From contig OZ059898.1 of assembly GCA_964057225.1 (NCBI GenBank), forward strand, positions 19,840,001-19,904,000: a stretch of DNA of 64,000 bases, read 5' to 3'. The translations under genes were made by a program, and so were the position numbers. The stretch comes from Auanema rhodensis. Its lineage: Eukaryota > Animalia > Nematoda. Position 1 is the first letter of the stretch. Each line of letters opens with the position of its first letter. This document shows positions 1 through 12,987 of this stretch, one piece after another. The notes below the pieces were generated by a model. The model was not told the DNA's origin and ran no database searches. It saw only the letters and a program-made list of their open reading frames with translations.

Positions 1-17
1 GCACCGAGATATCAACT

Positions 18-39
18 GATATAAGTTCACACTTATATC
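18..39. other. Perfect 9-bp inverted repeat with 4-nt loop inside the 351-bp monomer (first copy given)
   Basis: GATATAAGT-tcac-ACTTATATC; the arms are exact reverse complements and are present in nearly every monomer. Confidence 0.9.
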
Positions 40-300
40 CTCGATTTTCACCCTGAAGAATTAATTTTTTCGTTGAATAACATTGTCCATCGTCTTTGCC
101 TTGAAAAAAGAAATCTAAAAACATTTACTTTTTGCTAAATTATTTTGAAATTTTTTGAAAAAATTTTTGTCAAAATGTTTTTGGAAGCAAGGTTGAGTGT
201 ACATGGAAACTCAACATACACTAATGCATTATTTTTCAAACGATCATAACTAATTTTTGTATTAAGCGTTTTTCAATGTAGTATAGTGCACTCGATGCGG

Positions 301-351
301 ATTTTTAAGCTGCGTCGATCTGTGTTATCAGATTTGCGCTAGCTTAAAAAT
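301..351. other. 51-bp imperfect inverted repeat inside the 351-bp monomer (first copy given)
   Basis: ATTTTTAAGCT-gcg-tcg-ATCTG-tgttat-CAGAT-ttg-cgc-t-AGCTTAAAAAT: 11-bp perfect outer stem, 5-bp perfect inner stem. Confidence 0.9.
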
Positions 352-3300
352 GCACCGAGATATCAACTGATATAAGTTCACACTTATATCCTCGATTTTC
401 ACCCTGAAGAATTAATTTTTTCGTTGAATAACAATGTCCATCGTCTTTGCCTTGAAAAAAGGAATCTAAAAACATCTACTTTTTGCTAAATTATTCTGAA
501 ATTTTTCGAAAAAATTTTTGTCAAAATGTTTTTGGAAGCAAGGTTGAGTGTACATGGAAACTCAACATACACTAATGCATTATTTTTCAAACGATCATAA
601 CTAATTTTTGTATTAAGCGTTTCTCAATGTAGTATAGTGCATTCGATGCGGATTTTTAAGCTGCGTCGATCTGTGTTATCAGATTTGCGCTAGCTTAAAA
701 ATGCACCGAGATATCAACTGATATAAGTTCACACTTATATCCTCGATTTTCACCCTGAAGAATTAATTTTTTCGTTGAATAACATTGTCCATCGTCTTTG
801 CCTTGAAAAAAGAAATCTAAAAACATTTACTTTTTGCTAAATTATTTTGAAATTTTTTGAAAAAATTTTTGTCAAAATGTTTTTGGAAGCAAGGTTGAGT
901 GTACATGGAAACTCAACATACACTAATGCATTATTTTTCAAACGATCATAACTAATTTTTGTATTAAGCGTTTTTCAATGTAGTATAGTGCACTCGATGC
1001 GGATTTTTAAGCTGCGTCGATCTGTGTTATCAGATTTGCGCTAGCTTAAAAATGCACCGAGATATCAACTGATATAAGTTCACACTTATATCCTCGATTT
1101 TCACCCTGAAGAATTAATTTTTTCGTTGAATAACATTGTCCATCGTCTTTGCCTTGAAAAAAGGACTCTAAAAACATCTACTTTTTGCTAAATTATTTTG
1201 AAATTTTTCGAAAAAATTTTTGTCAAAATGTTTTTGGAAGCAAGGTTGAGTGTACATGGAAACTCAACATAAACTAATGCATCATTTTTCAAACGATCAT
1301 AACTAATTTTTGTATTAAGCGTTTTTCAATGTAATATAGTGCATTCGATGCGGATTTTTAAGCTGCGTCGATCTGTGTTATCGGATTTTCGCTAGCTTAA
1401 AAATGCACCGAGATATCAACTGATATAAGTTCACACTTATATCCTCGATTTTCACCCTGAAAAATTAATTTTTTCGTTGAATAACATTGTCCATCGTCTT
1501 TGCCTTGAAAAAAGGAATCTAAAAACATCTACTTTTTGCTAAATTATTTTGAAATTTTTCGAAAAAATTTTTGTCAAAATGTTTTTGGAAGCAAGGTTGA
1601 GTGTACATGGAAACTCAACATACACTAATGCATTATTTTTCAAACGATCATAACTAATTTTTGTATTAAGCGTTTTTCAATGTAGTATAGTGCATTCGAT
1701 GCGGATTTTTAAGCTGCGTCGATCTGTGTTATCAGATTTGCGCTAGCTTAAAAATGCACCGAGATATCAACTGATATAAGTTCACACTTATATCCTCGAT
1801 TTTCACCCTGAAGAATTAATTTTTTCGTTGAATAACATTGTCCATCGTCTTTGCCTTGAAAAAAGGAATCTAAAAACATCTACTTTTTGCTAAATTATTT
1901 TGAAATTTTTCGAAAAAATTTTTGTCAAAATGTTTTTGGAAGCAAGGTTGAGTGTACATGGAAACTCAACATACACTAATGCATTATTTTTCAAACGATC
2001 ATAACTAATTTTTGTATTAAGCGTTTCTCAATGTAGTATAGTGCATTCGATGCGGATTTTTAAGCTGCGTCGATCTGTGTTATCAGATTTGCGCTAGCTT
2101 AAAAATGCACCGAGATATCAACTGATATAAGTTCACACTTATATCCTCGATTTTCACCCTGAAGAATTAATTTTTTCGTTGAATAACATTGTCCATCGTC
2201 TTTGCCTTGTAAAAAGGAATCTAAAAACATCTACTTTTTGCTAAATTATTTTGAAATTTTTCGAAAAAATTTTTGTCAAAATGTTTTTGGAAGCAAGGTT
2301 GAGTGTACTTGGAAACTCAACATACACTAATGCATTATTTTTCAAACGATCATAACTAATTTTTGTATTAAGCGTTTCTCAATGTAGTATAGTGCATTCG
2401 ATGCGGATTTTTAAGCTGCGTCGATCTGTGTTATCAGATTTGCGCTAGCTTAAAAATGCACCGAGATATCAACTGATATAAGTTCACACTTATATCCTCG
2501 ATTTTCACCCTGAAGAATTAATTTTTTCGTTGAATAACATTGTCCATCGTCTTTGCCTTGAAAAAAGGAATCTAAAAACATTTACTTTTTGCTAAATTAT
2601 TTTGAAATTTTTTGAAAAAATTTTTGTCAAAATGTTTTTGGAAGCAAGGTTGAGTGTACATGGAAACTCAACATACACTAATGCATTATTTTTCAAACGA
2701 TCATAACTAATTTTTGTATTAAGCGTTTTTCAATGTAGTATAGTGCACTCGATGCGGATTTTTAAGCTGCGTCGATCTGTGTTATCAGATTTGCGCTAGC
2801 TTAAAAATGCACCGAGATATCAACTGAAATAAGTTCACACTTATATCCTCGATTTTCACCCTGAAGAATTAATTTTTTCGTTGAATAACATTGTCCATCG
2901 TCTTTGCCTTGAAAAAAGGAATCTAAAAACATCTACTTTTTGCTAAATTATTTTGAAATTTTTCGAAAAAATTTTTGTCAAAATGTTTTTGGAAGCAATA
3001 TTGAGTGTACATGGAAACTCAACATACACTAATGCATTATTTTTCAAACGATCATAACTAATTTTTGTATTAAGCGTTTCTCAATGTAGTATAGTGCACT
3101 CGATGCGGATTTTTAAGCTGCGTCGATCTGTGTTATCAGATTTGCGCTAGCTTAAAAATGCACCGAGATATCAACTGATATAAGTTCACACTTATATCCT
3201 CGATTTTCACCCTGAAGAATTAATTTTTTCGTTGAATAACAATGTCCATCGTCTTTGCCTTGAAAAAAGGAATCTAAAAACATCTACTTTTTGCTAAATT

Positions 3301-6300
3301 ATTCTGAAATTTTTCGAAAAAATTTTTGTCAAAATGTTTTTGGAAGCAAGGTTGAGTGTACATGGAAACTCAACATACACTAATGCATCATTTTTCGAAC
3401 AATCATAACTAATTTTTGTATTAAGCGTTTCTCAATGTAATATAGTGCATTCGATGCGGATTTTTAAGCTGCGTCGATCTGTGTTATCGGATTTTCGCTA
3501 GCTTAAAAATGCACCGAGATATCAACTGATATAAGTTCACACTTATATCCTCGATTTTCACCCTGAAGAATTAATTTTTTCGTTGAATAACATTGTCCAT
3601 CGTCTTTGCCTTGAAAAAAGGAATCTAAAAACATCTACTTTTTGCTAAATTATTTTGAAATTTTTCGAAAAAATTTTTGTCAAAATGTTTTTGGAAGCAA
3701 TGTTGAGTGTACATGGAAACTCAACATACACTAATGCATCATTTTTCAAACAATCATAACTAATTTTTGTATTAAGCGTTTCTCAATGTAATATAGTGCA
3801 TTCGATGCGGATTTTTAAGCTGCGTCGATCTGTGTTATCGGATTTTCGCTAGCTTAAAAATGCACCGAGATATCAACTGATATAAGTTCACACTTATATC
3901 CTCGATTTTCACCCTGAAGAATTAATTTTTTCGTTGAATAACATTGTCCATCGTCTTTGCCTTGAAAAAAGGAATCTAAAAACATTTACTTTTTGCTAAA
4001 TTATTTTGAAATTTTTTGAAAAAATTTTTGTCAAAATGTTTTTGGAAGCAAGGTTGAGTGTACATGGAAACTCAACATACACTAATGCATTATTTTTCAA
4101 ACGATCATAACTAATTTTTGTATTAAGCGTTTTTCAATGTAGTATAGTGCACTCGATGCGGATTTTTAAGCTGCGTCGATCTGTGTTATCAGATTTGCGC
4201 TAGCTTAAAAATGCACCGAGATATCAACTGAAATAAGTTCACACTTATATCCTCGATTTTCACCCTGAAGAATTAATTTTTTCGTTGAATAACATTGTCC
4301 ATCGTCTTTGCCTTGAAAAAAGGAATCTAAAAACATCTACTTTTTGCTAAATTATTTTGAAATTTTTCGAAAAAATTTTTGTCAAAATGTTTTTGGAAGC
4401 AAGGTTGAGTGTACATGGAAACTCAACATACACTAATGCATTATTTTTCAAACGATCATAACTAATTTTTGTATTAAGCGTTTCTCAATGTAGTATAGTG
4501 CATTCGATGCGGATTTTCAAGCTGCGTCGATCTGTGTTATCAGATTTGCGCTAGCTTAAAAATGCACCGAGATATCAACTGATATAAGTTCACACTTATA
4601 TCCTCGATTTTCACCCTGAAGAATTAATTTTTTCGTTGAATAACATTGTCCATCGTCTTTGCCTTGAAAAAAGGAATCTAAAAACATTTACTTTTTGCTA
4701 AATTATTTTGAAATTTTTTGAAAAAATTTTTGTCAAAATGTTTTTGGAAGCAAGGTTGAGTGTACATGGAAACTCAACATACACTAATGCATTATTTTTC
4801 AAACGATCATAACTAATTTTTGTATTAAGCGTTTTTCAATGTAGTATAGTGCACTCGATGCGGATTTTTAAGCTGCGTCGATCTGTGTTATCAGATTTGC
4901 GCTAGCTTAAAAATGCACCGAGATATCAACTGAAATAAGTTCACACTTATATCCTCGATTTTCACCCTGAAGAATTAATTTTTTCGTTGAATAACATTGT
5001 CCATCGTCTTTGCCTTGAAAAAAGGAATCTAAAAACATCTACTTTTTGCTAAATTATTTTGAAATTTTTCGAAAAAATTTTTGTCAAAATGTTTTTGGAA
5101 GCAAGGTTGAGTGTACATGGAAACTCAACATACACTAATGCATTATTTTTCAAACGATCATAACTAATTTTTGTATTAAGCGTTTCTCAATGTAGTATAG
5201 TGCATTCGATGCGGATTTTCAAGCTGCGTCGATCTGTGTTATCAGATTTGCGCTAGCTTAAAAATGCACCGAGATATCAACTGATATAAGTTCACACTTA
5301 TATCCTCGATTTTCACCCTGAAGAATTAATTTTTTCGTTGAATAACATTGTCCATCGTCTTTGCCTTGAAAAAAGGAATCTAAAAACATTTACTTTTTGC
5401 TAAATTATTTTGAAATTTTTTGAAAAAATTTTTGTCAAAATGTTTTTGGAAGCAAGGTTGAGTGTACATGGAAACTCAACATACACTAATGCATTATTTT
5501 TCAAACGATCATAACTAATTTTTGTATTAAGCGTTTTTCAATGTAGTATAGTGCACTCGATGCGGATTTTTAAGCTGCGTCGATCTGTGTTATCAGATTT
5601 GCGCTAGCTTAAAAATGCACCGAGATATCAACTGAAATAAGTTCACACTTATATCCTCGATTTTCACCCTGAAGAATTAATTTTTTCGTTGAATAACATT
5701 GTCCATCGTCTTTGCCTTGAAAAAAGGAATCTAAAAACATCTACTTTTTGCTAAATTATTTTGAAATTTTTCGAAAAAATTTTTGTCAAAATGTTTTTGG
5801 AAGCAAGGTTGAGTGTACATGGAAACTCAACATACACTAATGCATTATTTTTCAAACGATCATAACTAATTTTTGTATTAAGCGTTTCTCAATGTAGTAT
5901 AGTGCATTCGATGCGGATTTTCAAGCTGCGTCGATCTGTGTTATCAGATTTGCGCTAGCTTAAAAATGCACCGAGATATCAACTGATATAAGTTCACACT
6001 TATATCCTCGATTTTCACCCTGAAGAATTAATTTTTTCGTTGAATAACATTGTCCATCGTCTTTGCCTTGAAAAAAGGAATCTAAAAACATCTACTTTTT
6101 GCTAAATTATTTTGAAATTTTTCGAAAAAATTTTTGTCAAAATGTTTTTGGAAGCAATATTGAGTGTACATGGAAACTCAACATACACTAATGCATTATT
6201 TTTCAAACGATCATAACTAATTTTTGTATTAAGCGTTTCTCAATGTAGTATAGTGCACTCGATGCGGATTTTTAAGCTGCGTCGATCTGTGTTATCAGAT

Positions 6301-9300
6301 TTGCGCTAGCTTAAAAATGCACCGAGATATCAACTGATATAAGTTCACACTTATATCCTCGATTTTCACCCTGAAGAATTAATTTTTTCGTTGAATAACA
6401 TTGTCCATCGTCTTTGCCTTGAAAAAAGGAATCTAAAAACATCTACTTTTTGCTAAATTATTTTGAAATTTTTCGAAAAAATTTTTGTCAAAATGTTTTT
6501 GGAAGCAAGGTTGAGTGTACATGGAAACTCAACATACACTAATGCATTATTTTTCAAACGATCATAACTAATTTTTGTATTAAGCGTTTCTCAATGTAGT
6601 ATAGTGCATTCGATGCGGATTTTCAAGCTGCGTCGATCTGTGTTATCAGATTTGCGCTAGCTTAAAAATGCACCGAGATATCAACTGATATAAGTTCACA
6701 CTTATATCCTCGATTTTCACCCTGAAGAATTAATTTTTTCGTTGAATAACATTGTCCATCGTCTTTGCCTTGAAAAAAGGAATCTAAAAACATCTACTTT
6801 TTGCTAAATTATTTTGAAATTTTTCGAAAAAATTTTTGTCAAAATGTTTTTGGAAGCAATATTGAGTGTACATGGAAACTCAACATACACTAATGCATTA
6901 TTTTTCAAACGATCATAACTAATTTTTGTATTAAGCGTTTCTCAATGTAGTATAGTGCACTCGATGCGGATTTTTAAGCTGCGTCGATCTGTGTTATCAG
7001 ATTTGCGCTAGCTTAAAAATGCACCGAGATATCAACTGATATAAGTTCACACTTATATCCTCGATTTTCACCCTGAAGAATTAATTTTTTCGTTGAATAA
7101 CATTGTCCATCGTCTTTGCCTTGAAAAAAGGAATCTAAAAACATCTACTTTTTGCTAAATTATTCTGAAATTTTTCGAAAAAATTTTTGTCAAAATGTTT
7201 TTGGAAGCAAGGTTGAGTGTACATGGAAACTCAACATACACTAATGCATCATTTTTCGAACAATCATAACTAATTTTTGTATTAAGCGTTTCTCAATGTA
7301 ATATAGTGCATTCGATGCGGATTTTTAAGCTGCGTCGATCTGTGTTATCGGATTTTCGCTAGCTTAAAAATGCACCGAGATATCAACTGATATAAGTTCA
7401 CACTTATATCCTCGATTTTCACCCTGAAGAATTAATTTTTTCGTTGAATAACATTGTCCATCGTCTTTGCCTTGAAAAAAGGAATCTAAAAACATCTACT
7501 TTTTGCTAAATTATTTTGAAATTTTTCGAAAAAATTTTTGTCAAAATGTTTTTGGAAGCAATGTTGAGTGTACATGGAAACTCAACATACACTAATGCAT
7601 CATTTTTCAAACAATCATAACTAATTTTTGTATTAAGCGTTTCTCAATGTAGTATAGTGCATTCGATGCGGATTTTTAAGCTGCGTCGATCTGTGTTATC
7701 AGATTTGCGCTAGCTTAAAAATGCACCGAGATATCAACTGATATAAGTTCACACTTATATCCTCGATTTTCACCCTGAAGAATTAATTTTTTCGTTGAAT
7801 AACATTGTCCATCGTCTTTGCCTTGTAAAAAGGAATCTAAAAACATCTACTTTTTGCTAAATTATTCTGAAATTTTTCGAAAAAATTTTTGTCAAAATGT
7901 TTTTGGAAGCAAGGTTGAGTGTACTTGGAAACTCAACATACCCTAATGCATTATTTTTCAAACGATCATAACTAATTTTTGTATTAAGCGTTTCTCAATG
8001 TAGTATAGTGCATTCGATGCGGATTTTTAAGCTGCGTCGATCTGTGTTATCAGATTTGCGCTAGCTTAAAAATGCACCGAGATATCAACTGATATAAGTT
8101 CACACTTATATCCTCGATTTTCACCCTGAAGAATTAATTTTTTCGTTGAATAACATTGTCCATCGTCTTTGCCTTGTAAAAAGGAATCTAAAAACATTTA
8201 CTTTTTGCTAAATTATTCTGAAATTTTCCGAAAAAATTTTTGTCAAAATGTTTTTGGAAGCAAGGTTGAGTGTACTTGGAAACTCAACATACACTAATGC
8301 ATTATTTTTCAAACGATCATAACTAATTTTTGTATTAAGCGTTTCTCAATGTAGTATAGTGCATTCGATGCGGATTTTTAAGCTGCGTCGATCTGTGTTA
8401 TCAGATTTGCGCTAGCTTAAAAATGCACCGAGATATCAACTGATATAAGTTCACACTTATATCCTCGATTTTCACCCTGAAGAATTAATTTTTTCGTTGA
8501 ATAACATTGTCCATCGTCTTTGCCTTGAAAAAAGGAATCTAAAAACATCTACTTTTTGCTAAATTATTTTGAAATTTTTCGAAAAAATTTTTGTCAAAAT
8601 GTTTTTGGAAGCAAGGTTGAGTGTACATGGAAACTCAACATACACTAATGCATTATTTTTCAAACGATCATAACTAATTTTTGTATTAAGCGTTTCTCAA
8701 TGTAGTATAGTGCATTCGATGCGGATTTTTAAGCTGCGTCGATCTGTGTTATCAGATTTGCGCTAGCTTAAAAATGCACCGAGATATCAACTGATATAAG
8801 TTCACACTTATATCCTCGATTTTCACCCTGAAGAATTAATTTTTTCGTTGAATAACATTGTCCATCGTCTTTGCCTTGAAAAAAGAAATCTAAAAACATT
8901 TACTTTTTGCTAAATTATTTTGAAATTTTTTGAAAAAATTTTTGTCAAAATGTTTTTGGAAGCAAGGTTGAGTGTACATGGAAACTCAACATACACTAAT
9001 GCATTATTTTTCAAACGATCATAACTAATTTTTGTATTAAGCGTTTTTCAATGTAGTATAGTGCACTCGATGCGGATTTTTAAGCTGCGTCGATCTGTGT
9101 TATCAGATTTGCGCTAGCTTAAAAATGCACCGAGATATCAACTGATATAAGTTCACACTTATATCCTCGATTTTCACCCTGAAGAATTAATTTTTTCGTT
9201 GAATAACATTGTCCATCGTCTTTGCCTTGAAAAAAGGAATCTAAAAACATCTACTTTTTGCTAAATTATTTTGAAATTTTTCGAAAAAATTTTTGTCAAA

Positions 9301-12300
9301 ATGTTTTTGGAAGCAAGGTTGAGTGTACATGGAAACTCAACATAAACTAATGCATCATTTTTCAAACGATCATAACTAATTTTTGTATTAAGCGTTTTTC
9401 AATGTAATATAGTGCATTCGATGCGGATTTTTAAGCTGCGTCGATCTGTGTTATCGGATTTTCGCTAGCTTAAAAATGCACCGAGATATCAACTGATATA
9501 AGTTCACACTTATATCCTCGATTTTCACCCTGAAAAATTAATTTTTTCGTTGAATAACATTGTCCATCGTCTTTGCCTTGAAAAAAGGAATCTAAAAACA
9601 TCTACTTTTTGCTAAATTATTTTGAAATTTTTCGAAAAAATTTTTGTCAAAATGTTTTTGGAAGCAAGGTTGAGTGTACATGGAAACTCAACATACACTA
9701 ATGCATTATTTTTCAAACGATCATAACTAATTTTTGTATTAAGCGTTTTTCAATGTAGTATAGTGCATTCGATGCGGATTTTTAAGCTGCGTCGATCTGT
9801 GTTATCAGATTTGCGCTAGCTTAAAAATGCACCGAGATATCAACTGATATAAGTTCACACTTATATCCTCGATTTTCACCCTGAAGAATTAATTTTTTCG
9901 TTGAATAACATTGTCCATCGTCTTTGCCTTGAAAAAAGGAATCTAAAAACATCTACTTTTTGCTAAATTATTTTGAAATTTTTCGAAAAAATTTTTGTCA
10001 AAATGTTTTTGGAAGCAAGGTTGAGTGTACATGGAAACTCAACATACACTAATGCATTATTTTTCAAACGATCATAACTAATTTTTGTATTAAGCGTTTC
10101 TCAATGTAGTATAGTGCATTCGATGCGGATTTTTAAGCTGCGTCGATCTGTGTTATCAGATTTGCGCTAGCTTAAAAATGCACCGAGATATCAACTGATA
10201 TAAGTTCACACTTATATCCTCGATTTTCACCCTGAAGAATTAATTTTTTCGTTGAATAACATTGTCCATCGTCTTTGCCTTGTAAAAAGGAATCTAAAAA
10301 CATCTACTTTTTGCTAAATTATTTTGAAATTTTTCGAAAAAATTTTTGTCAAAATGTTTTTGGAAGCAAGGTTGAGTGTACTTGGAAACTCAACATACAC
10401 TAATGCATTATTTTTCAAACGATCATAACTAATTTTTGTATTAAGCGTTTCTCAATGTAGTATAGTGCATTCGATGCGGATTTTTAAGCTGCGTCGATCT
10501 GTGTTATCAGATTTGCGCTAGCTTAAAAATGCACCGAGATATCAACTGATATAAGTTCACACTTATATCCTCGATTTTCACCCTGAAGAATTAATTTTTT
10601 CGTTGAATAACATTGTCCATCGTCTTTGCCTTGAAAAAAGGAATCTAAAAACATTTACTTTTTGCTAAATTATTTTGAAATTTTTTGAAAAAATTTTTGT
10701 CAAAATGTTTTTGGAAGCAAGGTTGAGTGTACATGGAAACTCAACATACACTAATGCATTATTTTTCAAACGATCATAACTAATTTTTGTATTAAGCGTT
10801 TTTCAATGTAGTATAGTGCACTCGATGCGGATTTTTAAGCTGCGTCGATCTGTGTTATCAGATTTGCGCTAGCTTAAAAATGCACCGAGATATCAACTGA
10901 AATAAGTTCACACTTATATCCTCGATTTTCACCCTGAAGAATTAATTTTTTCGTTGAATAACATTGTCCATCGTCTTTGCCTTGAAAAAAGGAATCTAAA
11001 AACATCTACTTTTTGCTAAATTATTTTGAAATTTTTCGAAAAAATTTTTGTCAAAATGTTTTTGGAAGCAATATTGAGTGTACATGGAAACTCAACATAC
11101 ACTAATGCATTATTTTTCAAACGATCATAACTAATTTTTGTATTAAGCGTTTCTCAATGTAGTATAGTGCACTCGATGCGGATTTTTAAGCTGCGTCGAT
11201 CTGTGTTATCAGATTTGCGCTAGCTTAAAAATGCACCGAGATATCAACTGATATAAGTTCACACTTATATCCTCGATTTTCACCCTGAAGAATTAATTTT
11301 TTCGTTGAATAACAATGTCCATCGTCTTTGCCTTGAAAAAAGGAATCTAAAAACATCTACTTTTTGCTAAATTATTCTGAAATTTTTCGAAAAAATTTTT
11401 GTCAAAATGTTTTTGGAAGCAAGGTTGAGTGTACATGGAAACTCAACATACACTAATGCATCATTTTTCGAACAATCATAACTAATTTTTGTATTAAGCG
11501 TTTCTCAATGTAATATAGTGCATTCGATGCGGATTTTTAAGCTGCGTCGATCTGTGTTATCGGATTTTCGCTAGCTTAAAAATGCACCGAGATATCAACT
11601 GATATAAGTTCACACTTATATCCTCGATTTTCACCCTGAAGAATTAATTTTTTCGTTGAATAACATTGTCCATCGTCTTTGCCTTGAAAAAAGGAATCTA
11701 AAAACATCTACTTTTTGCTAAATTATTTTGAAATTTTTCGAAAAAATTTTTGTCAAAATGTTTTTGGAAGCAATGTTGAGTGTACATGGAAACTCAACAT
11801 ACACTAATGCATCATTTTTCAAACAATCATAACTAATTTTTGTATTAAGCGTTTCTCAATGTAATATAGTGCATTCGATGCGGATTTTTAAGCTGCGTCG
11901 ATCTGTGTTATCGGATTTTCGCTAGCTTAAAAATGCACCGAGATATCAACTGATATAAGTTCACACTTATATCCTCGATTTTCACCCTGAAGAATTAATT
12001 TTTTCGTTGAATAACATTGTCCATCGTCTTTGCCTTGTAAAAAGGAATCTAAAAACATCTACTTTTTGCTAAATTATTCTGAAATTTTTCGAAAAAATTT
12101 TTGTCAAAATGTTTTTGGAAGCAAGGTTGAGTGTACTTGGAAACTCAACATACACTAATGCATTATTTTTCAAACGATCATAACTAATTTTTGTATTAAG
12201 CGTTTCTCAATGTAGTATAGTGCATTCGATGCGGATTTTTAAGCTGCGTCGATCTGTGTTATCAGATTTGCGCTAGCTTAAAAATGCACCGAGATATCAA

Positions 12301-12987
12301 CTGATATAAGTTCACACTTATATCCTCGATTTTCACCCTGAAGAATTAATTTTTTCGTTGAATAACATTGTCCATCGTCTTTGCCTTGTAAAAAGGAATC
12401 TAAAAACATCTACTTTTTGCTAAATTATTCTGAAATTTTTCGAAAAAATTTTTGTCAAAATGTTTTTGGAAGCAAGGTTGAGTGTACTTGGAAACTCAAC
12501 ATACACTAATGCATTATTTTTCAAACGATCATAACTAATTTTTGTATTAAGCGTTTCTCAATGTAGTATAGTGCATTCGATGCGGATTTTTAAGCTGCGT
12601 CGATCTGTGTTATCAGATTTGCGCTAGCTTAAAAATGCACCGAGATATCAACTGATATAAGTTCACACTTATATCCTCGATTTTCACCCTGAAGAATTAA
12701 TTTTTTCGTTGAATAACATTGTCCATCGTCTTTGCCTTGTAAAAAGGAATCTAAAAACATTTACTTTTTGCTAAATTATTCTGAAATTTTTCGAAAAAAT
12801 TTTTGTCAAAATGTTTTTGGAAGCAAGGTTGAGTGTACTTGGAAACTCAACATACACTAATGCATTATTTTTCAAACGATCATAACTAATTTTTGTATTA
12901 AGCGTTTCTCAATGTAGTATAGTGCATTCGATGCGGATTTTTAAGCTGCGTCGATCTGTGTTATCAGATTTGCGCTAGCTTAAAAAT

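Noticed and set aside
68-84. CENP-B box-like TTTCGTTGAATAACATT
   Set aside because: It matches TTCG and the central A but lacks the essential CGGG (5 of 9 core positions).
1-351. 351-bp monomer as a simple dimer of the 180-bp monomer or of an internal ~175-bp unit
   Set aside because: By eye the two halves share only short AT-rich matches, and similarity to the 180-bp family is limited to one short box.
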